A DNA stretch of 63,280 nt, filler included, from Choristocarpus tenellus KU-1152 (taxonomy: Eukaryota; Protista; Phaeophyceae): NCBI GenBank assembly GCA_964200185.2. It is 7 parts of 7 records of this genome, joined end to end, with 100 filler letters (N's around TTAATTAATTAA, not from the genome) between each part and the next. Parts side by side here need not be neighbours in the genome. Positions count along the whole stretch, not along the records: positions 25,295 to 30,248 come from CAXNAD020012396.1; positions 30,349 to 40,571 come from CAXNAD020003060.1; 5 more parts are not named here. The stretch is one strand, 5' to 3'. Made by a program: the position numbers and the translations under genes. Of the stretch, positions 26,090 through 39,987 are shown in pieces. Each line of letters starts with the position of its first letter. The first letter of the stretch is position 1. The notes under the pieces are model-generated. The model ran no database searches. It was given only the letters and a program-made list of their open reading frames with translations, and had not been told where the DNA came from.

Positions 26090-26440
26090 TTTTACATTTT
26101 ACTTCCTAATGGGACACTGCAACGCCAAAATCCTAATTGTGGTGAGGGTAAGTGATATACTCATCAGTGATCTCCCAACAGATATGCTTAACACCACAAA
26201 TGAAGTTGGCCAAACACTTGGAGGACAGTCTTACTCCTTGCTCTCATATTGGAAGGACATCAATGAATTCAGAGAGGGGACCATTCAAGAGTGTGGAAGA
26301 TCCACTGTTGGCGAATATATATCTGCAGTGAATTCGACCAATAACAGAGACAAATCCCTGAAATATCTGGAAAGAGACAATGACTTCCTGTACTGCCTAA
26401 ACCCACAGTGCTGCGCTATATGTCGAAGGCTCACGTCGTA
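26090..26440 (+). pseudogene. Possible decayed Ty1/Copia GAG-pre-integrase/integrase fragment
   Basis: LMGHCNAKIL resembles the HxRLGHxN motif, and NPQCCAICRR weakly resembles TPQQNGxxER. Confidence 0.3.
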
Positions 26441-26699
26441 AGGGGCTTGTGACCAAGCGTGGAAAAAAATAAATGAATTCGACACACCATTGAATTAATT
26501 GCTTTGATGGATGCTTTCCAAATCAAATTAACATCCTCTCATAACCAGTCATTACGGGGATGAATCATCACACAACTATACCTCTATGTATCTCAACATG
26601 CTCCATACAATGTAATACGTTACCACTGCTTGTCCTATCGGCTATATAGAACTAAAGGAAGCTGTCACTTGGGGTTGTGTGCTTGTACCACCTCTCACA

Positions 26700-27170
26700 G
26701 ATGCGCAGTTTACTGCAACACCCTCCCCTTGCTGTATGGAAGCAACAACAACAACACAAACACAAGCACATTTAAAGAGTATACGCAAATGTTGTACTTC
26801 ATCAAATTAACTTCAAATGTTGCCAAAAAACTTGTCACAGACAGATTCTTGCCGATCATCTGCTCTCTGATTGGCAGCCTCGACAAAAACAACACGAAAT
26901 TCTTGACTAAATCCCCCCAGGAATGGTGCCAGAGACTGATGTGCTCGGTCTGAGTTGAGTTGGCTGCATTACGTACCAACTTGGATGCTTCATCATTGTC
27001 TTTAAACATTACAATGCAATGTGCTGGAAACTGTGACTGCACCAAAATGCTAAAACAAAGCAACAACTGTGCCACACTACTAACGTCTACATGCTCTCTG
27101 TAGAATACAGAGCTACAACCTCTTGGGGGTCTTTGACATACATTACTATTGAGCCATACGTGTTTGTAAA
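26700..27170 (-). pseudogene. Ty1/Copia RNase H relic with PPT and start of the 3' LTR
   Basis: VVALYSTE..VAQLLL..VMFKDNDEASKLVRN..STQTEHISLWHH..DLVKN..EQM. PPT AAGGGGAGGG is followed by TGTT at 26720. Confidence 0.7.
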
Positions 27171-27569
27171 GATCGTGAGAAATATTTGGTTATCGTGGTA
27201 GAGGGTGATGGAGAAGATTGTAGCTTTGGCTGTCAGTACACTTTAGGCAGGGGGGTCATCCAGATTATGTCGTAATTTGTGTTATGGTGCTGCAATCATC
27301 TCTGCACACTGAGGAATTGTTTTGCTTTCCACCGGACACTACTTACCTGGTGCATTACCTCCATATCAAAGCCAGTATGAATACTTGTTTGGAAATATGT
27401 TATTTATGACCTACTCCAGGTTTATGGTCCACGTTACCCTCAACAAAAGTATAGCCCTAAATTTGATTGAACTCTCAAACCTTGTTCAATATCCGGTTTA
27501 TTATTATTCTTCCCCCAAATAAATAGTTAACTGAGAGAGTCAAGATCTTCAGGGGGATGGTCCTTCTTT

Positions 27570-27720
27570 GTAGAGCTTAAGACGCGCTGCATTCACAGTT
27601 GTTTCTCGTCAGTTGGGTCTACATCTTCCGATGGTAGACTACCGGAGTTATCCCCTCTTTTATTTCATAGGGTTCTCTCCACGGGGATCGCAACTTGCGG
27701 AAAGGAGCATCTGCCGAAGT
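27570..27720 (-). pseudogene. Ty3/Gypsy integrase C-terminal (GPY/F-like) fragment
   Basis: KLRSPWREPYEIKEGITPVVY...RETTVNAARLKLY. Confidence 0.7.
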
Positions 27721-28879
27721 ATGGGGGGTTTGTGTAGCCATACACCCTAGCACCGAATTCATAAATAGAATATGCATGTTCACAGGCCTTGGACATTTGC
27801 GCAAAGCCACTTCACCTTCAATGTTCCATCAAGGAAGTTCAAATGCCAGTTGTAAATTATCCACTGTTTAATGTTACTTCAAACGATGTTGAAACATAGG
27901 CTAGTCTACTGTGATACATAGGGTTAATTTTCATCACCTAGTGACAACTGTTGCTCTCTAGTAATGTTTCCTTAGTGTGTGAATGCTCATACCTATTGTA
28001 TACGGACCTGCACTTGCATATTGCCGTATCTCACCATTCCACCCTGTATGTTCATACAGTTATTATTTTCTTATGGATTGGTAGTCTGTATCCATCATAC
28101 AAAATCAGTACGTTACCTTTCACGTGACAAATACATGTTGACTCAGACTTTGACTTCATTCTTTTTATCTCTTACAGGATAGATAGGATCCTGGAATCTT
28201 GTTTTAGTCAGAAGGTGTGGCCCCCTTGCGAGACGTCGAGATCACTCTGCATTAAGTGTACATTGATGCACGCCTAAATGGTGCATATTCAGAGTTGATA
28301 CATTCACAACCTTCATCTCAACGTAACAAGCCCCTACTCAGAACATGCATATCTACCCTAAGACTATAGCCTGATTATTAGTGCAATAATTGTACAGCAT
28401 CAATAAAGCCTCTTCGAAAAGCACACCACTAGACGTTCTACATTGAATTTCATCAATGGCTTCAGTACACTGGGTCACCTCTTTGCTACCACAATACTCC
28501 AAGCCTCTACACAGAGCATTTTATCTGAATCAGCACATGATTGTCAAATTGTACTTCAGAGCATAACTCCATCTGATCCAAGGTTTTAACAGTTTACTGT
28601 CTATCGTGGAAGTAATAGGGATGGCTCATGGTTCTCTCAAAGTGAGATCAAATGGTAATGTGGGACGTCTCCGGAACATCAAATAGAAGGATGTTTTTTA
28701 TGCAGTGGCTTTACATGCGGTATTGTAAGCCAGCCTATAAAGGCAATTATGACGTCCAATTTGACCTGTTCATTGTTAAATAAATTGAACCCGCCATGCA
28801 TTGTCTCATTAATCATTTTCAAGAATGCTATTATTGCCTTGAGGTCGATACAATGTTGTTCAGTTTCTTGTATTTCCAG

Positions 28880-29360
28880 GACTATCTCCATTTCGAATTC
28901 CTTACCCTGGTCCGAGTGAAGGTTTACTAGGGCCCCAGAAATGGAAAGCACTCATTCGGATGGTGATTTTGCTAACACGGTCACTTCTTGATGTTGAGAA
29001 TAGCGATGAGGAGAGCAAACCATATAAAATGGTCAATGACAGATAAGACATACTTGCGATTTTCTTAACATGCTTCTCATTTCGCCAAATCAGTTGCCAC
29101 TCTCTGACGTGGGCATATTACTGGCTTTTGCGTTGGAGGGTTAGACATGATAGAGGGGTATCTTTTTCGTTTTTGGCATGATCGACAAGTTTCACGCTAA
29201 TTCACAACACCCTTATGTATGTATAGTAGGCCACCAAAAACGATCACGAATCTGGTCAAAAGTGTGCTTAAATGCAAGGTGTCCAGCCAGAGACCTAATG
29301 ATTGTGGTGGAAGGCGTGGAATATTAAACCTTGTACCTCTGTGGGTACCACTAATTTGTT
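28880..29360 (-). pseudogene. Ty3/Gypsy integrase zinc finger and catalytic core relic
   Basis: LAGHLAFKHTFDQIRDRFWWPT..CRSCQKRK; KYVLSVIDHF; LHSDQGKEFE. Confidence 0.8.
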
Positions 29361-30169
29361 GGACTCGGATTTTTTTTTCAAGGTGGCATAAATAATAACT
29401 GCTTGTCTTCCTGCCCTTGCCTGAAAAAGCAGGATATAATGTAAGTCGTTTTATTCTTTGGTAAAGGATTTCTTCTGGTTTAGCCCAAATATACTTCGAT
29501 AGTCTCCATACTGAGCTTGTTGAGCTTTGAAGAGTATTTCAATATCCACCATGGGGAAACCTTAACAGTGCTAGTGAAAAATTCTTTATCATTCTGTACT
29601 CTGGTAATTTCACTAGTTTGTCCACTGCTAGATCATATGCAGGGTAAACCATAGACAGACGTGTGGAGGTATCTAACTCTGATTTATCTACGTGGCACAG
29701 TGAAGCTAGCACAATAAACATCAAGTTATATCGATGAGTCCATGGTCGATTCCAGAGCCGAAAAACGTCTCCGACATGAAGCATTGGTACATCCCCATCT
29801 GGTGTGAAAAAATCATTTTTTGGCATTCATGGGTGTCGGTGCTTGGTAGTTGCCAGTACGCTGGCTGAACAAGGAGACATGACAACTATTCACTCCCCCT
29901 CGGGTACCCAATCAATTTTCTATTGATAGTAATGGCCAGGAATTCCGTATCGAATTCGTAGTTAATAAGAGCCAAAGACTACGGAAAATCGAGGAGACCC
30001 ATCACGTTTTGTAACTCTGGTTGCTGGTGATGCCCAGTCTTGAGGAGGGTTGCACTACCCCTTTATTTTATATGTTAGCACACAATTACAAATCGTTTGT
30101 GTAATTTCGTGCGGGTCGATATGGTGGATGATTCACAGGGGTTGTATCTGTTTTAGGTGAAAATTCAAC

Positions 30170-30248
30170 GACCCAAAATATCTGGGGGGGGGGGGTCTAC
30201 ACCAGAGTGTCCATTTGGACCAAAACCAGGAAACGTGCACTTTCACTA
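30170..30248. mobile_element. MITE family B, truncated at the gap
   Basis: GACCCAAAATATCTGGGG...TCTACACCAGAGTGTCCATTTGG. Confidence 0.8.
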
Positions 30249-30348
30249 NNNNNNNNNNNNNNNNNNNNNNNNNNNNNNNNNNNNNNNNNNNNTTAATTAA
30301 TTAANNNNNNNNNNNNNNNNNNNNNNNNNNNNNNNNNNNNNNNNNNNN
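30249..30348. other. Artificial gap linker
   Basis: 44N-TTAATTAATTAA-44N. Confidence 0.97.
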
Positions 30349-31010
30349 CCTATGGACTAGAAATTTATCACCAGGTACGATAACGGGGAACACAAGACGT
30401 TGGTTGGCACGTTCCTGGTTTTTAACGTGTTCATGGAGATTACAGTGTGCTAATACAAATGCAAACTGTAAAATAACTTTCGTTTGCCGAGTGCACTCTT
30501 CGGTAGTGACATCTGAATCAGCACTAGACAAACCAAGGATAATATCAACAGTTAAATGAGCATGTCTTCCAAACAGAAGGAAAAACCGGATTTCATACAA
30601 ATTTGCAATGAAAGCTGTGTTATGGACTAACTGTACGAAAGGTAGTAATGATGGTCCCCAGTTATCCTCAGCAACGGAGATATACATTGCTAGCATAGAT
30701 TGCAACATAATAGCATGTACTCTCTCTAACACAGAATTTCCTTGGGAGTGGTAAGGTGTGTGTGTGTTTTTTTTGTGCCTAAAGATATACTGCAACTCTG
30801 CAACGATACTGCTTTCAAGTTCGGTACCTCGATCGAAGTATAACAACTCGGGTGGGCCGAAAACTGAAATACACGTTCTACCAGCGTATGAGCAATTTTA
30901 CGGCTTCTTTGTTTGGAACAGGGCACAGCACCACAAAACGAGTGAGGTGGTCAATGGAACACAACACATACGAGCACATCACACCATTATTTGCTGCTGA
31001 GGTTCTGGAA
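30349..31010 (-). pseudogene. Ty3/Gypsy integrase (rve) relic
   Basis: IDHLTRFVVL..VERVF..FGPPELLYFDRGTELE..TPYHSQGNSVLERVH..LPFVQLVHNT..FFLLFGR, with frameshifts. Confidence 0.85.
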
Positions 31011-31155
31011 AGTGTTTGTATTCTACCAAATCAATGGCAACACATTGAAATGGTTCGTCAACCGCATACTCCTCTATCCCAAAAGTTTGTATCGTTATGG
31101 TTGTTTGTGAATACCTTTTTCAAATATGAGATTCAGAAATAATACTTAATATTAA

Positions 31156-31881
31156 TTTTATTATTATGCCCTCTGACATTTTGCAGATGTATCAGGAAAA
31201 GCCAAACCATTATCAAAAGGACAAGTAATAGTTGTCGTATCTGTTTTACTGTATGGTGTATCGTGGTGTGTTTCAATATAAAATATACGAACCTCACAGC
31301 CAATCAGACAATGCCACATAGGACCATCGCTAACTTATCATACAATACATTAAGCTGGAATCACCAGGGAGATGGGCACGGAGGGATTCTTGGGATGCCT
31401 CCCTCGCTCCTCCCGGGGCACAGGTATTGGTAGATTGGAGACACAGGAGGGCAGTAGTACAACATAGATAGTGCTGAAGTAACAAATGGATATGGGTTTT
31501 TCACATTTGAGTGAAAGTATCTTAGAGGGTACGAATTTTGTCCTGTTTTGTCCATTATTTGGGGCTCTGATTCCCTTGGGTTTTTATTGACATTTTACCT
31601 ACTCCAAAATGTTTCGGAGTAGGTAAAATGTGTACGTTATGAAAAGGAGTGTCCAGACAAGGACATTGATATCTCCTAAGAAACATGATAGTCAAAATTA
31701 CATCAAAATGGCAACATTGAATTTTGGTCCCCAAATGGACGCCGCGGCTGTACCCTCTAATATGCTTTGACTCATTTATTTATGAAAATTTATTTCTCTC
31801 GGGCTTATACTTACAATATGTATAGTTTTCATGGGTTTCCCCCGACACATCTGTAAAATGTCAGAGGGCATAATAATAAAA
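31156..31881. repeat. 41-bp inverted repeat pair (31156-31196 / 31841-31881), possible TIR element
   Basis: TTTTATTATTATGCCCTCTGACATTTTRCAGATGT..., 38/41 match. Confidence 0.7.
31509..31773. mobile_element. MITE family A
   Basis: GAGTGAAAGTATCTTAGAGGGTAC...GTACCCTCTAATATGCTTTGACTC, with a perfect TSD ATTT. Confidence 0.9.
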
Positions 31882-32299
31882 ATACATGAAACTGTGTTTG
31901 AAGAGACTACCAATCGGTGTCGCTATGCATCGACCAAGGTGTGTACATGTATACCTCTAATCGATGTGCAAGGAAGTAACAGTTACAGTATTCGAACATG
32001 ACATGTGTGTGTCTTTCTTTTGTTTTATATCCTGGAGTTCCAAATCATTAATGCGAAGGAACCAAGGATAGGCATTCCAAAGACTAACGAGAGACCTACA
32101 ACAGATGCTGAGCATGTAACATCCACCATCTCACTACGTTCGGACCCACGACCAAGACGTACTGAATGTTGAAGAGGAGTAACAAGGCTGAAAGGCATAC
32201 AGGGACCATGCTTGGGGGCAGGGAAAAAGGCAATAGCATACGGAGTGAACACAAACGTGATGGAAGAGAGAGGCCAGATGCTTCGAATGTTGGCAATAG

Positions 32300-33770
32300 T
32301 AGGAACTCGCAAGGGCATACCTCCGGGAGAAGCAAAGCAAAATACACCAATAAGAGAGAGGTTCGCACAAAGGAGTTCACTACATTAGGTAGAAGTGCCC
32401 TCAAACAATCGTTAAATTGCCAGCACCTAGAACTACCACGCAGCTGCAAGGGTCATTGGCAATCACTCAGAGGAACGAGGATATTTTGTGAGGACAGATG
32501 TTGCTTGATGTCCGTCCAGTGCGTACTGAACCTGTGTGTTGTAGCCGATGATACGTATGTCCTAGTGACCATGATATCCTGCCCTCCTATATTTCTCTCC
32601 GCCGTGCAAGAGAGACCTATCGCATTTTGAGATGCATTCCCTCTTCGAGCTGTCTTTTTGCTGTGTGCCCCATGTTCAACGGCTGCATGCACTCTTCTTG
32701 CAGGAGCTTTTCGAAGGACTTGGTTCAGACGATAAGCGGGAGGTCACGTGCTTTATGGGGACTGTCGACGCAAAGTGTCGTAACACACTACAGGCAAGCA
32801 AATGCTCAGACAGGTGGAAATTGGGAGCGTGGTGGGGAGCCTGGTGGCATAGCACGTGTGAAAGTAAAAATATGGGGATTCTCAATGTCTGCTGACTCAT
32901 AGTGTTTGTTCAATTTTCCGATATCCCTCTCCTCCTCACCCTCCAACCCCATAACTGCATTAATGTTCAACTATTACCACTGATAGGACACCTAACTAGC
33001 CTGAACATTCGATTGGCACGCTACTCTTGCATTGGGTAGTCCAGTACACATAGTACAAAGTAATACTTGCATACAGTTCTCAACTAAAAGTGCCCACAGT
33101 ACTATACATACCACGATGAGAGGCGGACCACATACTCCATTTCGAATTTCGCAAAAAACCCTGAAGTGTGCTTGTGTACATGTTGAGCTGTGCAGTGTAG
33201 TGTGACAATGTGTAGTGCGGTGTGCACACACCATTGTGTGTACGGTCAAGAAACTGCTGTTCAGTTTTTACTGTTTTGTACTGGATTCTTTGTGACTGTA
33301 TCAGCTGCAGTGCCTTCTTAAGGCTCAGGATCTTGCCAGTGTTCAAAGCGTTGCCACACTTGGAGGACATTATTTGGGTTCTTTACAGATTTCCCCTGAC
33401 TCTTGCTGCGCTTGAAATTTGTGCTGCTACATTTTTTTCTTGCGATTTTCACTGCTCAGCAGAAGTTGAAGCAATTCAGAGAAACATCCTCCTGCACTAG
33501 CATTGCGTTTTTGCAGGATGGGTGACCCTTGACAGGATGAAATGAACTGGAGACTTGAGTCTCGATATGCAAAGACCACTCTTTGCATGCCACCATGCTC
33601 TCCACATCTGCAAATGCCTTGAAATCGCTATTGTAGAAGGGAATGCCAACATGACAAGTACTAAACACCACCTGTGGTGTACACAAGTCTGTTTCAGTTC
33701 CATCAAGGAACGGGTTTATCCACACTCCACAAAAGTCTCGGCCTCCATATTCGTCAGCGAAAGATTGTGT
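32300..33770 (-). pseudogene. Possible highly decayed pogo/Tigger-like transposase
   Basis: Weak resemblance only: a CENP-B-like HTH stretch (..AWWHAKSGLC) and RFSTHWT, compared with the DDE_1 motif DxFSxHxT. Confidence 0.25.
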
Positions 33771-35539
33771 TTATAGGTGAAGAACAAGAAGATGAGAGTC
33801 CACAATGAGAAAGGCAAAAATGGCTCTGAAATACTGGACTACTTCCCCTCCCTCAACTCAACTCCATCGCAGCAAGTGGTTGTCCTCATGGAAGCATCTG
33901 GACAGGATCCGCACTTCCACGCCAAGACAGTCCTAGTACATGCACTGAAAAACCTGGAGATAGACCTGTAAGAAGGACAAAACCATGTAGGGAGCACAAC
34001 AGCAGGCATACATCTGACTGATTATTTGGTGTGTGTGTGTTTTCTGAGCGAACTTGGCTGGGGTACTAGGGTATACTGTTGATGTTCTCCTTCTGCTCTC
34101 GCTCGACGTTTACCCATGCTGGTCAACAGCTGTTGATCATATCGTCAAGTGTATGAATTGGGGCCAAGACTAGAGTTAGGGTTAGGGGTGTTGGGCGTGA
34201 GTGTAGCCTATTGGTTGGATGCAATGGGCTCTGAGCGTTTTGTTGTTGTTGCAGATACAACCTTTCGCATAATGTGCTCTAGACTCTTTCTCCTTCATTC
34301 CTGTCTTTGTGTGAAACTTTATTGAATACTGTTTGTGAATACTGTATCACAATAGGGGTAAGGTAAGAGTAAGAAACGAAAATTTTCCTATTGCTTACAC
34401 CTTTCGATCAGGATTATTAAATCTACTCTTTCCCTCAACATGTCTGTATCTGCTCTATTTTGCAGAGACGCCTGGACCCCCTCACCAAACTTTAGCATTT
34501 CATACCTCATCAACTGAATGCTGTACATCTGACGAGACCATTAAGATCAGCTTTGGCTTTGTCAAGCACTCACAAGGTAGTTGCCTTCAGTCCCATCCCA
34601 ATTCCGATACCCCCACTATCCCACCCACACTTTGTGCTCAAAAGTACATCAGTCATAGTGCACCCACCAAATAGCCTCCCATCCACCATGCTCACTTCCT
34701 GGGATAGATTCAGATATATATATATATATATATATATACATCTAGGTACTCGGCATACAATTCTCAGAATAAAGTCTGTGTATCACGTGCTGAGTCCCTG
34801 GTACGGACGTATACTCCAGCTCCCCACATGTTGCCCCTCATTGCCCGCCAGTTCTGTGTTCCTCGTGGAGATAATGCATCGATTAGGGACAAGACCCTCC
34901 TTGCAACTCCTCTGGCTATATGAGAGATACAATGTGCCTAATGCCGGCGGCGGAGGCATGACCAAGTGCCAAGCAGATCACTTAGGCAGGGACCTAGGTA
35001 GGGCATGCTGATTCGGTGTTTGCTTAATCAAGTGGACCATTTGACCCTTAGCCCCTGCCAATTGGACTAGTCCAGCTGCAATATGTACCCAGGAGGGGTT
35101 CCTTTCATTCAGTGAAGAGAGTTAGAGACATCCTACTCTTGAGGGGCTTCAGGAAGGTTGCTTGGTGAACGACTCTTGTTGGATCAATGTACATGAACAT
35201 TTATGTATATGTTGGATTCAATGCTGTAGTTCCTACACTTAGAGTGCTGTTATCAATATACTAGGTATGCATTATTGTGTTGTATGTTCTATTGAACCAT
35301 ATGCTCTGTTTTGTACCGTGCCTCACAAGTCTACAGCACCTACAACAACATTGCATATACAACAAACCATAATATATATTTTGGTACTTATTCTACACAA
35401 TTTCTGTTCTTAAAATTTTTACCTGGCCTCGAAAATAGAACGATATTTTCGTAATTCAGAACGATTTGCGACCTCATCCGACAATATCAACTCCAACAAT
35501 GATCCAACTGCCTTTTTTTCACTTCCTGTTCTCTACGAC

Positions 35540-38500
35540 ATGGCTTCCACCCCACCAAACCTACGGCTACTGTCCTCAATTTCCTATCGGCTGGTACAAC
35601 CAAAAGGTAAGGGGAAGATCAATGAACTCTTGGCCATGCCAGAAGCAGATGTGGAGACCCTCCTGTGCCAGATGAGGGAGTGGGATTTCCAGGACAGGGA
35701 AAAAATCTTCAGGGCATGGGAAGCTTTTGACCCACCATTGAAAATGCCGTTCCTTCTCCAGCTGATCCGTGAGGAACAGGTGTTTTGAACCACCTAATAC
35801 CTTCTCCTTTTTTTCGTTGCCCAAAAGCATTTCAGAGGGGAAGTGTTTTTCCCTGTTTGTCAGTTTGGGGCTTGGCTTCCTGCGGGTTTCTTATGCCCTT
35901 TTTTCGGTTTTCTGTGCGAACACAGTTACCTAAATTGTATTTGACCCTGGAAGGTGTGGGCGGAGCAAGGATGTCGACACTTGCTAACAAAAAAGATAGC
36001 CAAAGTTCATCAATATCGCAAAATTGGATTTATAATCCCGAACGGGCGTGGCCCTACCCTCTTGAATGCTTTCACCCCGTGCAACATCCCCTCATCAGAG
36101 ATGGCTGTTGTTATGGATGTGTAGAGGGACTGTCGGGCACAAACAGTGCATGCTATATCTCTGATTCCGTTTCTCCGTCATCCTGATGATTTTGGCTCTG
36201 CAAGCCCAACTGTTAAAAGCAAACACTCAGGAGAGTCTGATTGGTCTGGCTCGTAGTATCTGGGGGGAGGGTAGCGACTGTCCATTTGGGGTCAATTTTT
36301 TTATATCGCGATTTTTGTGTGATTTGGTTGCATACGTCGGATGGATGATGTAAATGCACTTTTCCTATTTTGGTGTAAATGGACACCCAGGTGTAGCCAC
36401 GCCCCCCCCCCCCACAGATACTTCGGGTCATCTATGTATGTAACATGTTGCGCTCGAATACATCAATTTAAATATATTATTCTAAGTATTATTATTTTCT
36501 TAAGGATTGCTCCCTAACCCTATAACACATTGTATGAATGAATGACTGATTAACTTATTCTATTGGTAAATTCGCAGGGGTACTTCGAGGTATAACGACG
36601 GAGTGAGTCAGTATAAACAAGAGATACCCAGAGTTGTGTTTTAAAGATGCTGACAAAAATGTCCAAACATCGACTTTTTTTTGCAAGTGTGTACAGGAGG
36701 TTTTCTGAAATGTGTCAAGAGAACTTTCAAACAAAAGAACAATACATGCTCTCGCGTCAAAATTAGAACTTCATCGATGGAGATAGATACGGGCGACTTG
36801 CAAAAGATTACAAAAACAGACCTAAAGTGTAAAACACCATAAACCTGGGTACCTCTTGTTTACTTTGAATCAGTGCTTCTACTTGTAGTAACATTACATA
36901 TAGGTTTCGCACTGTATCTCTCAAGCCCAAACCATTCTTGGCGTGACTGCATAAGACTACTGCTACTGGCAGCTCCTGGCACTTCAAACACTCTTTACTG
37001 TTGAAGGGCACAAACTGACCCCTCCCCCCCCACCTTCAATCTCCCTCCCCCCCCCATGCACAGAAAAAAAAGTGTGTCAGAGCTGCTGCTATATCCCCCT
37101 GAACCATCATTTTGTGCTCTGCAGCATTAGAGGATGATAGAGGATGATAGAGAATGATCTCCTTCCTCTTCAACATTCAGTACCCTCCCCCGCCCCCTCC
37201 CACCTTCAATCTCACCACGGCTAACCACAGTACTGTATCCCTCCAATTCCATACCCCTTCCCCTCTGTATCCAATCTCAACATCATCATCTGTGTTGTTT
37301 ATCCCAATCCTGTGCTACCCCTTGTGTTTCCTTGTGCTTCCAAACAGGAACGGGGGGAATGGGAGGGCAACCTCTGGCAGTGCTCCCTTTGTTCTGTGAA
37401 GAGATCCCTGGACATTAAGGCTCGAATGTCTATGAATGAACACCGGAGGGAGGGAGGAGGAATTGATGCGGGTGGGTCGGGGTCAGCCCTTTTATTACAC
37501 GATTTGCATGGATCTTTTATGATTGGGTTCCTCTGCATTGGGGGAAGTGAAAGGTATTGCCTATCCAGATCAGTGTGAGAGTGTGGGCTTGAGATGCATG
37601 TATTTCGAGCTTTGAGGGTTGTGTACACAGTTAATTCCCGTCTCTCACACATACATATTATCGTTTCAATAGTTGACTTAGAGCTCATTGTGGATTAGGG
37701 TTCGGGTTACATTTCATCCTCCTCATTAAGTTGGGGCGATACCAAGCGCACAGGTAAGCAAGTAAAGGTGGCGGGATTCAAATGGTCGATTTGGTACAAT
37801 ACATCTACAGCATGTAATGCAGTGCTTGTGTGAGCACTCTTTGAGGTTGCATGGTTTGCCGGGCAATGAAGTCAAAACGTGCTATAGAGTAGGACACACC
37901 AATGATGATGCTCACCTGCTACCTGTTCTATATCATGCACGTTTTTGTTTTTAACGCAAAGCACAAACTCTGACACACTGAGATAGAGAGAATGCTAGGC
38001 AAGATTGGGTGTAACAACTGTGTTCGGACCCCCTACCTCCCTACAACTGACATGGCGGGATGAATGGTCTAGCCTGAAGACGAGCACTCCAATAATTGAG
38101 ACCTATCCCCCTTTATCAATTCATCCTCCTTCCCCTCCTCCTCCTCCCCCTCTTCCTCTGAAGGTGCTCTGTATGGGTACAGCAAAGGCTGTGCTGGAGG
38201 CACTGTACTCTTCAGGTCGTCAAGTGAGAGCCTCTTGCAGCTGTGGGTGCCCGGGGGATCAAGCACAGGCAAGGAGGACCAAGAAGGAGATGGAACTGAT
38301 AACAGGAGCATCGATGCACACTCCAAAGTTGACAGGAAGGAGGGGAAGGTGAGCGCCGAGGGCCATGGTTTTGAGGAGGACTGCACATGGAAGGTCAGGA
38401 GAGACAAGGAGTTGGCCCAGAATGCTCGTCTGCTCTACGCTGGCAGAGAGTTTGATGCAAGGAGGTTATGTGGGATGTGTTTGTCTGAGGTACAAGCGGC

Positions 38501-39952
38501 AGTGGTGACAGCAAGGCACGACCAGGAACTGTGGCATACTGTGGATGGGGAGAGGAGAGCGATTCTCACCAGACAGAGAGAGGTCGATCTGCTCAAGGCC
38601 CACTGGATAGAGGTTCAGAGGGGGCAGAAACAGGCAAGATGGGAGAAGGATGTGTGTGTGTGGAGGGGGGGGCGCGTGTGACCGCGGATGACTTTTGTTA
38701 TCGTAAAATGTGGTGATAGAGTCTGGGGAGGGGGGAGGAAGCGTGTACACCTTATTAAAGTCAGTCTCACATGGAATCCTTACTTACTCTACTATTGAAA
38801 TCAGTCTCACATGGAATCTTTACTTACTCTACTATTGAAGTCAGTCTCACATGGAGGGAGCGAAGTATTTCTTTTCGTACCATGCACCTACCCCCTCACT
38901 GCTGTTGTCAAAAATGTCGCCAAAAAAACTGTATTATTTGAGTAGGAGTTGAAGTATTAACATATATACATACACAACAATAACATGAGTGTGAGTTGTA
39001 CGCAGCAGAGAGAGTGACAGAGTCATCGGTAAAACATCCACCAAAACATCTTTATTGGGACATACATATATACTACTATGTATTAAGTAGATTATCTCTT
39101 TAGACGAGATCAGCTAGGTCTGCAACACGCCTTTTCACTGTTGTTGCAGATGTCCCACACTTGTTTCAAGCTATTGCTTGTGTGGTGCAGTGATGAGAGT
39201 GATGCTATCACAGGTCGCGCTATCGTGCTTGATTTTTGATTAGGATTAGCAGGAAGCAGGAGGTGCAACAGCATTGCGGATGATACTGCCATTATCACCT
39301 CATCTCAATGGCCTGTTTGTCAAGATGAGATAAGTTCAGTCCATATGGTAGACCTACGTGGTTCATATAACTGTACGATGATGGACAGTTTCAGTCAGCC
39401 GGAAAAAAAAAAGTTACAATGGTTTGCCATGTTCAAGTCTTGTGTGGAGAATATTGATGGAGTTCTGCTCTCCCGAGGGGGAGGGCGCAAGGCCTCTTCT
39501 TTCTGTGACGAAGGATATTGAGTTGGTGTGTTAAAGTCATAGGGTTCAAACTATTAGAACACAACAATCATGATGTAGGTCTACCCTGTTGTAGGATGTA
39601 TATTTTGCTTCCTGCTTCCGAGATGAATGAATCCGAGACTCAAGGGGTGAGGGATTTTGTGGGGAGAGTGTGTCATGCTGTCTTGGTATTGCATTGGTTG
39701 GTCAGGGTACTTTAGTTGCTATGTAGTACGATAATGATAATAATGTAATGTAAAGTTTAGCATATATGCCATGCCCTGTATGTTGTGCTCCAATCTTACT
39801 ATGATAAGGATTATTGTTGTTCTCACCACTTATTATTTTCATTACCAACATCGTATTTGTTATACTTATCATCAGTAAAATTACTATTACCATTATTTCT
39901 ATTGCTACTTGCTATTTACTATTACTATTACTATTGCTACTACTGTTACTAT

Positions 39953-39987
<35 letters not shown>

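Noticed and set aside
34170-34190. TTAGGG telomere-like repeats (also near 41550)
   Set aside because: Only about two units and interstitial, too short to call.
38758-38854. CRISPR-like repeat TCAGTCTCACATGGA x3
   Set aside because: The 'spacers' are near-identical, so it is a simple 40-bp tandem repeat. The context is eukaryotic with no cas genes.
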